64,000 nucleotides of DNA, taken from the IMG/VR virus record IMGVR_UViG_3300011006_000550. The stretch is one strand, 5' to 3'. The stretch is from an uncultured virus (IMG/VR IMGVR_UViG_3300011006_000550). Lineage: Duplodnaviria; Heunggongvirae; Uroviricota; Caudoviricetes. Each line of letters begins with the position of its first letter. The stretch's first letter is position 1. Shown piece after piece: positions 26,157 to 35,797 of the stretch. The position numbers and the translations under genes are program-made. The notes below the pieces were generated by a model. That model was not told the DNA's origin, made no database searches, and saw nothing but the letters and a program-made list of their open reading frames with translations.

Positions 26157-27038
26157 CTATAGTGAATTAATGATGGTCTCAAGTCTTGCAACCCTCTCTT
26201 CGAGCTGTTTGAATCTCAGATCGCACGATGCGTCTATCCACACTTCCCAGTCGGTGTTGAGGGTGTTCGTCACTCTCACGAAGCACGTATGGCCGAGAAT
26301 CGTCTGCACAACAAACTTCCCGTCATCGGCCATGAAGTTGAAGGGTAGGGTGTTCGTTTCCTTCTTTGCCTTATAGATCACGCCGTCAATGCAGATGATG
26401 GCATTCTTTACAAAGGTGGATGATGGCGAGAGCGTACTCTCATCGACTGGCAGAAGGGCATAGCCTCCTTCCTGAGATACACGGTCAGCGACGGCATCTT
26501 TAAGTGCCTGTTTCTCTGCCTCCGTCATCGATTCGTAATCCAGATCCTTTCCTGGATCTCCCTTCTCACCTTTCAGGTTTGCGGTCTTTGTTGAGCCGTT
26601 GCGGTCTGTCACAGAGATCGTCGTGCCGTTAAGCACGGCATCCACATTCTCTGCGCCCTGAATCTGATTCTTTGCGTAGTCGCCCTGTTGCTGAGCATAG
26701 TCACCCTTCTGCTGTGCGTAGTTGGCTTGCTGCTCTGCCAACCTCGCTTTCTCGTTGGCATATTCGGCCTTCTTGTTTGCCAACTCTGCCTTTTCATTGG
26801 CATTGTTGGCAGCGGCACCAGTGCGGTACACGTTCACGATGCAACGCCAATAGTCGTTACTCTTGGCAGAGCCATCGGCATTATAGCCCGGCAACGCATG
26901 ACCCTTGTTGTTGTCAACAAGCGAAAGCCATTCCGAGTTATACTGATCAAGACAGGTCCACATAGAACCGTAGTTCGTCGCAGAACTGTACGGGGCATCA
27001 GTAGGGTATGGTAATATTTGTCCGAAATCTATATCCAT
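26157..27038 (-). CDS. tail-fibre-like protein (coiled coil plus short collagen motif)
   Basis: ANEKA heptads, GEKGDPGKD. Confidence 0.7.
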   Translation of the reverse strand: MDIDFGQILPYPTDAPYSSATNYGSMWTCLDQYNSEWLSLVDNNKGHALPGYNADGSAKSNDYWRCIVNVYRTGAAANNANEKAELANKKAEYANEKARLAEQQANYAQQKGDYAQQQGDYAKNQIQGAENVDAVLNGTTISVTDRNGSTKTANLKGEKGDPGKDLDYESMTEAEKQALKDAVADRVSQEGGYALLPVDESTLSPSSTFVKNAIICIDGVIYKAKKETNTLPFNFMADDGKFVVQTILGHTCFVRVTNTLNTDWEVWIDASCDLRFKQLEERVARLETIINSL

Positions 27039-27053
27039 AATTCTCTGTGTTTA

Positions 27054-28037
27054 TTAGTCCGTATATGATGCTTTCAGCCGTCCTCTCTCCAGTCGGGCGT
27101 TTACCCTGTCGTTGTTGTTCTTTACGACGTGGATCCTGCCCGTCTTCGGATTGGTGTAGAAGCGGTAGGCTATCAAGCCGCCAAGCCAGTAGGTGCCGGT
27201 GTCTTCCCATTGGCCAGTGCGCTGATTCAGCTTTTCCCACTTGCCAGTCTCGAGATTCTGTCGCCAAGTGCCGTTAAGGCGTACTTCCTCGTTGGCCTGT
27301 CGTTGTGTCTCGTTGGCTTTGCGCGTCCTTTCCTCGGCCTCACGCACTAACTCATTGGCTATGCGCTCAAGCTCTGCACGCTGGCGGGCTGTCTCTTTGG
27401 CCGTCCAGTCGGCCCAGTCGGCCTGTACGCCCTGCCAGAACAGATTCCAGTTGGGAACTACGCCGTTGGTGTACCAGTCGGTCCAAGCTTGCTGTCGCTG
27501 TGCATACCAGGTGTTCCAGCTGCTCTTGGTCGATGGGTACCAGTCATTCCAGTCGGCCTTGCTTGCCGAAAGCCAGTTCTCTGCATTCTGTTTGAATGGT
27601 GAGTACCAGGCATTAACGGTGTCATAGATGGTCTGCGCTCTCGCTCCCTGCTGCTCAGCTGTGTTTCCCTGACTTTTTACTCTCTGATACAGGTCGTTAT
27701 ATCCTGTAATGGCATTGTCAACGCGATCGCCCTGAGTCTTTGCATACGAGCCTTGGCGTTCTGCTTCGGCAGCGGCATTCTCACAACGGATGCGAAGCTC
27801 CTCATTCAGTCCGGAAAGTCCTTCAACGAGCGAGGACGGCTTTACGTTGTCAACACGGCGCAGACCCTGATACACGTAAGTAGCAAGCAGGCCCATGTGA
27901 CGTGCCGAGTCGTAGTTTACAAGCTGAATGTCGCTGGCTTCCCTCATGATAGAGGCGAAATAGTCCAGTACGTCTTGCTTGTGCTCGGCAAGCCACTGCC
28001 ACATGATACCTGATGTAGTGTTATCAAATTCTGCCAT
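27054..28037 (-). CDS. tail-fibre-like coiled-coil protein with WxxW repeats
   Basis: WNDWY...WNTWY...WTDWY periodicity and RxxAE heptads. Confidence 0.7.
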   Translation of the reverse strand: MAEFDNTTSGIMWQWLAEHKQDVLDYFASIMREASDIQLVNYDSARHMGLLATYVYQGLRRVDNVKPSSLVEGLSGLNEELRIRCENAAAEAERQGSYAKTQGDRVDNAITGYNDLYQRVKSQGNTAEQQGARAQTIYDTVNAWYSPFKQNAENWLSASKADWNDWYPSTKSSWNTWYAQRQQAWTDWYTNGVVPNWNLFWQGVQADWADWTAKETARQRAELERIANELVREAEERTRKANETQRQANEEVRLNGTWRQNLETGKWEKLNQRTGQWEDTGTYWLGGLIAYRFYTNPKTGRIHVVKNNNDRVNARLERGRLKASYTD

Positions 28038-28056
28038 AGTCGCTCAGTCTTTGATG

Positions 28057-28380
28057 TTACTCTGCGGTTGCTTCTTCTGATGCTTCTGCTACTTCTGCAG
28101 GAACGAGTTGCAGCATGATTGATGCGATGGTCTCAATGACCTCACGCTTGTCATTACGGCTCAGGTCATCGGCATTCACATTCACGAACATGCGTCCGTT
28201 CACCTCGTCAAACACATAGCGGCCAATGTCCTTACCGCTTTTCTGCACGTTGCCCTCTACGGTGTAGGTGTCGTTTCTCACGTCGCGCGAAGAGGTCACG
28301 CTGATGCCGTTGTTCAGCTCCACAGGCTCATAGTCCTTGTGTGCGCTCTGGGTGGTTTCTACCAATTCAATCTCTTTCAT
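28057..28380 (-). CDS. hypothetical tail-module protein
   Basis: 107-aa ORF. Confidence 0.65.
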   Translation of the reverse strand: MKEIELVETTQSAHKDYEPVELNNGISVTSSRDVRNDTYTVEGNVQKSGKDIGRYVFDEVNGRMFVNVNADDLSRNDKREVIETIASIMLQLVPAEVAEASEEATAE

Positions 28381-28406
28381 AATCAGTAAATTTTAATGGG
28401 TTATAC

Positions 28407-28712
28407 TTATTTCAGCAATTCGTCAAGCTGTGGATTCACACTAAGGAGCACGAAGGGCACAAAGCTGTCGTTAATGAAGTCGCGGATGCTCTTGATGTCC
28501 TCTTCGGTCAGCTCCACCTCCTCGTGATGGTAGATCTTCTGGCCAAGCTCGCTGAAATGAACGTCCTTACCATTGTAGAACATTCCGTTTCCAAGCACCT
28601 TGGCGAAGTCATACTCTTTCTTCACGTTCTTTCCGTCAACCTTCTCCTGAATGGCGTAATGATTTCCGTTGATGTCTTTTACGACGATTTTTGAAAAGTC
28701 AATTTTCTTCAT
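28407..28712 (-). CDS. hypothetical tail-module protein
   Basis: 101-aa ORF. Confidence 0.65.
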   Translation of the reverse strand: MKKIDFSKIVVKDINGNHYAIQEKVDGKNVKKEYDFAKVLGNGMFYNGKDVHFSELGQKIYHHEEVELTEEDIKSIRDFINDSFVPFVLLSVNPQLDELLK

Positions 28713-28713
28713 T

Positions 28714-29073
28714 TTATTTCTGTTTTATAGTGAATATGTATCTTGCAAACGCATAGTGCTTGCGCACGTCGTTGTAGAAAACTTCATCCTGATGCTCGTA
28801 AGCCTCCTGTTCGAAGCTGATGCTCATATAGGCACGGTCACGGTCGAACTTGCAGAAGAAGAGCTTGATCAGCCATTCCAGCCCGTAAAGGATGAAGAAA
28901 AACAGGAACGCACATTCGGCCTGTTGCAAGGCATGTGTCGTTTCGTGACGCTCAACCTTGGCAGTGAAGATGTTCTTACATTCTCTGCGAACGAGGATAA
29001 ACGGCCAGATCGTCATTGCCGTGAATCCTTTTGTCGGGATATGTTTTGTATAAATCTTTTTCATAATTACCAT
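28714..29073 (-). CDS. HExxH-motif putative metallopeptidase-like protein
   Basis: RHETTHALQQ and ISFEQEAY. Confidence 0.6.
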   Translation of the reverse strand: MVIMKKIYTKHIPTKGFTAMTIWPFILVRRECKNIFTAKVERHETTHALQQAECAFLFFFILYGLEWLIKLFFCKFDRDRAYMSISFEQEAYEHQDEVFYNDVRKHYAFARYIFTIKQK

Positions 29074-32000
29074 CCTTTTACTTTTAAATATCCGTCATCG
29101 ACATAGACAGCACCATTGCTGAGTTTGTTATAAACTGTTGTATCACTCTTCTTCGGCCAATAATTTCCCTCAATAGTTGCGTAATCTTCTCTCGGGTAGG
29201 CTATCATGCGAATGATATGATAAGCACCAGTAGTACCAGCTGACTCTGCAAGCACCTCCGCAAAGTCTGATCCGCTCATAATGCGAACTAACGAATCTTG
29301 ATAGTTAGAGGCTTTTGACTTCAGGTACATGGCAGGAACGGAGTTGCCGTTATATTGGTAGAATCCTAAATACAACGTCTCGTATGTGCCATCCTTACCG
29401 ATAAGCCTTGCACCCGTCGAAGTCGGCTCAATGTACATCTTCTTTGTTCCATTGCCAAATACGACGGTATCGTCAAACTCTCCGTGGAACTTACCACCGA
29501 TCTTCAGGTTTCCGTTGCTGTCAAGGTGGAATATCTCATCACCGTCTGGATTGTTCACGGTCCAGTCAAATGTCGTAAATTTGATATTATCGGCATCAAC
29601 CTCGAACGTTGACAGCTTATCAGTGACATATAATCCTATTTTCCCTTTCGATGTTACATTTCCACTCGGATCAAACGATGCAGCAACGGCACTCCATTTG
29701 TTTTTATTCTGCGAAATCCATGTGGCAGAAGCAGATTGTTCCTCGTCTATGTCTTCTGCATAATCTTCAAGATCGTCAAGCCAATCTTGTAAATTTTTTA
29801 TTGCATTATCAGCAGCCGTCTTGTTGCTTGTAACCGTATTCGAGATATTGGTAACGTCAATTTTAAGTTGTGCATACCCTTTTATGGTACCATCCGCATT
29901 GAACTGAGCAGCCATCAGACTTAATAGACGGTCATTCTGATATACCCAAGTGGCCTTATAGACATTCTCCAAGTCTTGCCTATCCTCAATCTCTTCATTG
30001 AGGTTGTCAGTCAACGTCTTGAATGCTGCATCGGCAGCGGCTTTATTGTTAGTTACGGTGGTGGAGATTTCATCTACCTGAATCTTCAAGTCTGCATAGC
30101 CCTTGATGGTACCATCAGCATTGAACTGAGCAGCCATCAATGCAAGAAGACTGTCATTCTGATATACCCAAGTGGCGTAATACAAATCCTCAAAGTCCTC
30201 ACGATTACCTATTTCTGCATCAAGAGCGTCCTGTAAATTCTTAAAGGCTTTGTCTGCTGCATCCTTATTGTCTGTAACGGTAGTCCTGATATTGTCAAAC
30301 TCAATGTTTATCTCTGCTACGGCCTCATTCAGATCTGCCGTCTGCTTCTTAGCTTGCAGAAGGATATGTCTTGAAGTCTGCTCAAACAGCGTCATGTACG
30401 TCTCTTGGTTGTTCACAATCGGATCCGTTCTGAGGGCAACCAGACGAATATAGCACTCACCAGTATAGCTGACAATGATTCTTCCTTCTTTGCCAGTGTA
30501 GGCCCAGGGATCTTCACTGGAGTCTTTCGACTGCACCAGTTCCCACTCTCTCGAGGCATTCAGCGTCTTGCTCCACGAAGTGATAGCCGTGCCGTTGCTA
30601 CGCATGAAGGTGACAGTCAGCGTACCAGAAGAAATAGGAATCATTCTGACACCCATATAGAGTCTGTCCTCTACGTCCTTGGTCTTAGTGTAATCATCAT
30701 TCTCCTCGTTGTCAGAAACGTTTTCCTTATGCGTGGTGTTCGCTTTGATGTCGCTGAAATTCTGATATACACCCATGCCAAGCAGATGCAGCACTTTGAT
30801 GCCTCCGTAATCGGTGACTTCGGCCGTAAGTCTGTTCTGATAGGCAAGCATGGCACCGTTCACCATAAGCGGGCTACCGTCGCCGGAATTGATGGTCTGC
30901 TGAGACACACCCGCAGGGGCCTGATCGCCATTAGTGGCGCATACCGTCCACGACTCAAGGCCACGTGCGAAGAAACCGTTCTTGAGGAAGTTATCTTCAT
31001 CAACGATGTTATAGGTGGTCTCCGTATAGACAGACTTCATCCGCTCCTTTGTTATCTCAAGGCTGGAGTTGTAGCTCTCTCCAGTCTGGCGATTGAAAAT
31101 CTTACCGACGGCATAGAGGTTTGGTAGATAGGCACCATATTCTTCGAGCCATCCGAAAAGATCTGTTCTCTGTCCTTGGAGATTGCCGAGTCTGAGCTTC
31201 AGGGCATTGTTCGGGTCGGTCTTCATGCCGTAGTACACATCTTGGTATGGCGTGTTGGGGCCTACGGTAATAATCTGCATCAATCCTTTACGCTCAGGAT
31301 CAGTCTCGTTGTCTAAACGTACAAACGTGTCTTTTTTAGCAATGACAGATGCAGGAGTGCCATTCTCAATAGAGGTGGTGAAGTTCTTGAACGTGATCCA
31401 ATCCAGGCGGTCCCCGTTCTCGTCTTTCATGCCACCAGTACCAGAGTCGGTAACGATCAGTTCATAGCTCTTGGTGATATAGCCGTCACCACCGCTGACA
31501 ACATCATTTCCTGCCAAGTATTGCTGACATTTGATATAGTCACCCTGCTTGAAAGGCACGGCCTTGATTCTCTCGCACTCAGTAGAGAGCCAGACCTTAC
31601 CTGTGGCGGGGTCATAATGATGCACCTCCATCATGGCAGCGAAGACGTAGTTGTCAAACTCGCCTCGCAGCTGAGAGACGATCATTTCATATACGCGAAG
31701 TGTCTCTCTTACGGTGATGCTGTCAATTTCAAGTGTATAATAGTCTTCTTCCACACCAGCGGCATTGATGCGGGTCTTCTTCTGAATGGCCCAGCCCTTA
31801 CCGCCGAGGAAAGCACTGATGAACTCGATACTCGATAGGTTACCTCCGAAAGTAGAGTCATTCACCACAAACAGCTCCTGCAGCTTTGCAAGGCCCCTTG
31901 TGATAAGTGTCTCTATCTCTACATGGCCCTCTGGCGTGATGATACCGCCCTCTACACCCTCAGCATATTTGCCGATAAGGATATTGCCGAGCGTCTGCAA

Positions 32001-34628
32001 GCCCACTTGGAAGATGGTCTGATTCGTCACCTCTCCGATGTGGGCCGTCTGTGTGTAGATCTCCTTGGCACGAAGCAGATGGCGAACGGTGGCATAGTCA
32101 ATCTCCATCAGCCAGTCATCAACGAGGTTTTTCCAGATGGAGAATCCCTTACCGTCGTTGTGTTCCTCTACGACAACGCCGTTTTCGTCCTCTACCTCCT
32201 CTCTGGTCCACTCGCCAAGCTGGAACTCAGGTGACTGCACCATCAAGTCGGCAACGATACCACCAAAGAACTTGATTAGATAGATGGTCTCGTCTTCACG
32301 GATCTTTGATAGGTAATTGGCATTGCCGATCTGCTTGATAAGACGTGCGATCTCGTCTGCTGACAGGATCTCGCCGAGGCCACTCATGCCACCCATGATG
32401 TCTATTGCACGCTGAACGTCAGACACGTCTTTGTCATCACGAAGAACTACGTCATAGGTTGGGATGCCATTATTGCCGTTTTCCTTAATGGTGATATTGT
32501 CAATGTAGGTGGTGAGATCCATTTCGAGATCTTCATCCTCTACATGGATGCACATACCGGCCATCAGCGTATCATGGAGGCTGATAATAGTGCCGTTGCT
32601 CGCCTTGGCCTCATCATCCTGATTGGCCATAAATATCTCGTCAACCTTCGGCAGATAGGTGATCTTAGGCTCGTCTATGTTGTCAAGTACCCTGCACGAC
32701 TTGATAAGAAGTTGTGCAGCAGCAGCCTCTACATACGAGGATGGCATCTGCAAGCCTGTGACGACGAACGTATCACCACTGAGCACTTGGCTGTAACGGG
32801 AGGTGTTATTCTCGAAATATGGAAAGTAACGGCCGAGAGAGCTGTCCTGATCACGCTCAAGTTTCAGCGTCCAGCTGCCACCTTCGAGTTTCGGCATCTG
32901 CTGTAACTTGAACTTTCGGCCAGTACAGAAGCCGCTCTTCATTTCGATGTATATCTCTTCCTGCTTGCTGTCCCAAGCCTCTTTCCAGTCAAGAACGTCG
33001 CTGGCAGCCACCTTGATAGTGAAAGAGGTGTCTGCTTTCTCGCTGAGATAGCCGTTATCCTTGATGTCTGAGCCAGACACGACTATGCCCGCACCAGTAC
33101 CTTCGATACTTGGCATGATCTCAGGACGGTCATCGCTGCTGCCGTCGAAATAGATAGAACCTTCCTTCTCGCCAATGGTTGATGCTTTCTTCGACTTGAT
33201 CCAAGGCGACATCACCTCATGCGAGAAGTCATACATCGACAGATAGGTGTTGGCCGTTTCCTGTGAGATAGATGCAGAACGGATTGAGCCGTTGGCCACC
33301 CGTGTCACCCAGTCATGAAGACTGAGATCGGGGAAGCCTGGCAGCATCAGATTGCCGATGGAGAGCAGCTGAGGGTATCTTTCCTGATTCGTGTAGCTGA
33401 TATGATCCTGCGGCCAGATGTTCTTATCATAGCCCGCTGTAAACACCACATGCTTGCCGACTGCGATATTCCTGATATACGCAATCAGTTTGTTCATATC
33501 AGGCTCGTCAGATTCATCGTCACCTTCCCTGTGCTCTACATACAGTCTGAGCATCGGCCAAGGATCGGTAGAAACGTTCTCTACCTTCGTGATGATCTCC
33601 ACACCGTCAATGCTTGTCTTCGTAGTCCAGCCCACCTGATAGGCAGCATTGTTTGGCCCCATGTTCCTCACGTTGAAGAGTCCAGCCACATAGTGAATAT
33701 CAAGGGTGAACTCTGCATAGTGGTATCTGTCCGCATCTTGGGAGTGAATATCGGTGATCACACCGTAGAACTGCTTATGCAGATTGGCGTAGTAGTTCGT
33801 GGGGAGATTTTGGGCAGAGCCGTAGGCATAGAGCTTTGTCACGACGGTCTGATTGTCATCGCAATTCTCGCCGATCTCAGACAAGCCGTTACCCTTACCG
33901 TATTTGAAGACGTTGCTTGCGCCGATGGCAGGGGCACCGATGATGATCACACGGTTTCTGACAACGAAGCTCAGGCCGAAGTTCTTGTATGATAAAGCAA
34001 GGATATTTCGGCAACTCTGATTGTCAACGCTGATGTTGATGTCTCTGTTTCCTTCCGTCTTGTTAGTATCGACCTGTGAAATGCTCTTGCCGGGATGATA
34101 GTACTGCAGCCAAGCACTGTCAGGCACATGGCTGTTTATTCTCTGGCGTGTACGTGTGTAGTTTGGTGTAAGCACAGTCCATAGAGAGCCTGTGGCACGG
34201 TCAAGGTTTGCCTGTAGTCTGTCTGCAAGATCTTCTACCGATGCAGCAAAGAAGGCAAACTTTCCCTGTGAGGAATAGACATTCGTGTTTGATTGAGAGT
34301 TCCAGTTTAGCACGTAGTCCTTGAATGCAATGTCATTCAGCTCACGGGCCAGAGAATAGAGTTTGATGTTCTCATATACAAAGGCTTCACCGTAGCTGTT
34401 CTTGCGTGCTTTCTTGATCTTGTTCGGATTATAGTCAATCACGAACTGCTCACCCCTGTATGTCAGGTAGTCGCCGAAATGGAACTTGATGGGGGTAGGG
34501 GATTTGACAGTAAGGGTAACATATTCATCTTCCATCCATTCGCCGCGATATTCAAGCTCATGGACGGTGGCTACAGGCTGTCTGTCTGGGTCTGTGTTCT
34601 TTCTGAATATGTTCCACGTATTACTCAT
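29067..34628 (-). CDS. large tail tip / host-specificity protein
   Basis: 1853 aa downstream of tape measure and distal tail genes; VVTKLYAYGS hub-like motif; ~74-aa internal repeats. Confidence 0.8.
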   Translation of the reverse strand: MSNTWNIFRKNTDPDRQPVATVHELEYRGEWMEDEYVTLTVKSPTPIKFHFGDYLTYRGEQFVIDYNPNKIKKARKNSYGEAFVYENIKLYSLARELNDIAFKDYVLNWNSQSNTNVYSSQGKFAFFAASVEDLADRLQANLDRATGSLWTVLTPNYTRTRQRINSHVPDSAWLQYYHPGKSISQVDTNKTEGNRDINISVDNQSCRNILALSYKNFGLSFVVRNRVIIIGAPAIGASNVFKYGKGNGLSEIGENCDDNQTVVTKLYAYGSAQNLPTNYYANLHKQFYGVITDIHSQDADRYHYAEFTLDIHYVAGLFNVRNMGPNNAAYQVGWTTKTSIDGVEIITKVENVSTDPWPMLRLYVEHREGDDESDEPDMNKLIAYIRNIAVGKHVVFTAGYDKNIWPQDHISYTNQERYPQLLSIGNLMLPGFPDLSLHDWVTRVANGSIRSASISQETANTYLSMYDFSHEVMSPWIKSKKASTIGEKEGSIYFDGSSDDRPEIMPSIEGTGAGIVVSGSDIKDNGYLSEKADTSFTIKVAASDVLDWKEAWDSKQEEIYIEMKSGFCTGRKFKLQQMPKLEGGSWTLKLERDQDSSLGRYFPYFENNTSRYSQVLSGDTFVVTGLQMPSSYVEAAAAQLLIKSCRVLDNIDEPKITYLPKVDEIFMANQDDEAKASNGTIISLHDTLMAGMCIHVEDEDLEMDLTTYIDNITIKENGNNGIPTYDVVLRDDKDVSDVQRAIDIMGGMSGLGEILSADEIARLIKQIGNANYLSKIREDETIYLIKFFGGIVADLMVQSPEFQLGEWTREEVEDENGVVVEEHNDGKGFSIWKNLVDDWLMEIDYATVRHLLRAKEIYTQTAHIGEVTNQTIFQVGLQTLGNILIGKYAEGVEGGIITPEGHVEIETLITRGLAKLQELFVVNDSTFGGNLSSIEFISAFLGGKGWAIQKKTRINAAGVEEDYYTLEIDSITVRETLRVYEMIVSQLRGEFDNYVFAAMMEVHHYDPATGKVWLSTECERIKAVPFKQGDYIKCQQYLAGNDVVSGGDGYITKSYELIVTDSGTGGMKDENGDRLDWITFKNFTTSIENGTPASVIAKKDTFVRLDNETDPERKGLMQIITVGPNTPYQDVYYGMKTDPNNALKLRLGNLQGQRTDLFGWLEEYGAYLPNLYAVGKIFNRQTGESYNSSLEITKERMKSVYTETTYNIVDEDNFLKNGFFARGLESWTVCATNGDQAPAGVSQQTINSGDGSPLMVNGAMLAYQNRLTAEVTDYGGIKVLHLLGMGVYQNFSDIKANTTHKENVSDNEENDDYTKTKDVEDRLYMGVRMIPISSGTLTVTFMRSNGTAITSWSKTLNASREWELVQSKDSSEDPWAYTGKEGRIIVSYTGECYIRLVALRTDPIVNNQETYMTLFEQTSRHILLQAKKQTADLNEAVAEINIEFDNIRTTVTDNKDAADKAFKNLQDALDAEIGNREDFEDLYYATWVYQNDSLLALMAAQFNADGTIKGYADLKIQVDEISTTVTNNKAAADAAFKTLTDNLNEEIEDRQDLENVYKATWVYQNDRLLSLMAAQFNADGTIKGYAQLKIDVTNISNTVTSNKTAADNAIKNLQDWLDDLEDYAEDIDEEQSASATWISQNKNKWSAVAASFDPSGNVTSKGKIGLYVTDKLSTFEVDADNIKFTTFDWTVNNPDGDEIFHLDSNGNLKIGGKFHGEFDDTVVFGNGTKKMYIEPTSTGARLIGKDGTYETLYLGFYQYNGNSVPAMYLKSKASNYQDSLVRIMSGSDFAEVLAESAGTTGAYHIIRMIAYPREDYATIEGNYWPKKSDTTVYNKLSNGAVYVDDGYLKVKGW

Positions 34629-35110
34629 GTTGTCAGTGTGCCATTAGTCATTTTGATGTCAGTCATCGGATCGGCCACGTTCAGCGTAACCTCGAAAATC
34701 AGGAACTCATCTTCGTCATCGGTTTTCCACTTGGCGTCATCTGAAATGGATTCAAGGCGCACATTCTGACGGCCAATCCTCGTGTATGAGGAATACATCA
34801 TCATGTGCCCCGATGATCTCAGGTATTCAAGGAACTCACCAACCTTTACGCGCACATCGTTGATTGTTGACGTTTTCTTGCAGCCAAACTCAACCTTCAT
34901 CGTGTATGCCTCTAAGTAAAGGCCATTAGACGAGATATATTCGTCATCCCCGTGTTCGTCGTACCACGAACGCTTAGGAGGTGCCTTTACCTTGTCGAAG
35001 ATCTTGAATGGAATTTCCTTGCAATATACACCCCAGGAGCCAACAGACTCTTTGGTAGGGTTTGACCCACTGCCCATCTTCTGCAAGAAAAAGTTCTGCC
35101 ACTTCTCCAT
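34625..35110 (-). CDS. putative distal tail protein
   Basis: position between tape measure and tail tip; SWYDEHGDDEY. Confidence 0.6.
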   Translation of the reverse strand: MEKWQNFFLQKMGSGSNPTKESVGSWGVYCKEIPFKIFDKVKAPPKRSWYDEHGDDEYISSNGLYLEAYTMKVEFGCKKTSTINDVRVKVGEFLEYLRSSGHMMMYSSYTRIGRQNVRLESISDDAKWKTDDEDEFLIFEVTLNVADPMTDIKMTNGTLTT

Positions 35111-35148
35111 AGATGTATAGTATTTATTTGTTATCCTGAATTTTCACC

Positions 35149-35177
35149 GCAAAGATACGAATAAATTCTGTATAAAA
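35149..35177 (-). promoter_or_regulatory. leftward promoter with Bacteroidetes -7 box and phage-specific upstream motif
   Basis: minus strand TTTTATACA-gaa-TTTATTC-g-TATCTTTGC; same layout at 48520-48548. Confidence 0.6.
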
Positions 35178-35229
35178 ATACAAATGCTATGAATATTTAT
35201 TCATTTTAACAGAAATTTTTGTATATCCC

Positions 35230-35260
35230 TTGCGAAAATTGGGCAAAAATTGTATATTTG
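35230..35260 (+). promoter_or_regulatory. Bacteroidetes sigma-A-type promoter
   Basis: TTGC (35230) then 19 bp then TATATTTG (35253-35260). Confidence 0.6.
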
Positions 35261-35282
35261 CAACGTTAAATTGCATAAAGAT

Positions 35283-35771
35283 ATGAAGAGATTTTTGTTT
35301 TTTGTCCTACTGTTTGTGTCGCTTGGGATCTATGCCAAAGAGTATAGTCTTTCATGCAAAGTGAACGGTGTGAATATCGATGGGCCGTATTATGAGAATG
35401 ATTCGGTTCGGTTCGATTTTGAGTACCGTGCCTATTCGCCACATTTCCTAAATGTCAGAATCAAAAACAAGATGCAGAAGAGGATAACTATAGAGTGGGA
35501 GAATGCCCGTTTGGGCGATTCTCAAATCTGCTTCGGATCAGACAATGTGTTTTCATACAATAATCACAAGCCCGAAGAAGTGATTCATGCAGGATCACAA
35601 TCAGAAAAGGAGATTGGCGAACGCGAGGATCCTGAATACAGGTCCTTAGTGTTCTATGAGAGTTCCATCAAGAAGTATGGCCGTTCCGTCGTTTCCGTGA
35701 TCATTCCTGTACGCTATCCGTCTGGAAGGGTCGAAGACACAGAGATATACCTTATTCTTGAATATAAATAA
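35283..35771 (+). CDS. exported protein; moron-like insertion
   Basis: signal peptide MKRFLFFVLLFVSLGIYA; opposite strand inside the tail operon with its own promoter and terminator. Confidence 0.75.
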   Translation: MKRFLFFVLLFVSLGIYAKEYSLSCKVNGVNIDGPYYENDSVRFDFEYRAYSPHFLNVRIKNKMQKRITIEWENARLGDSQICFGSDNVFSYNNHKPEEVIHAGSQSEKEIGEREDPEYRSLVFYESSIKKYGRSVVSVIIPVRYPSGRVEDTEIYLILEYK

Positions 35772-35797
35772 GGCGGGAAATTACTCCCGCCTTTTTT
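35770..35797. terminator. intrinsic terminator, probably bidirectional
   Basis: AAGGCGGGA-aattac-TCCCGCCTT-TTTT between convergent genes. Confidence 0.75.
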
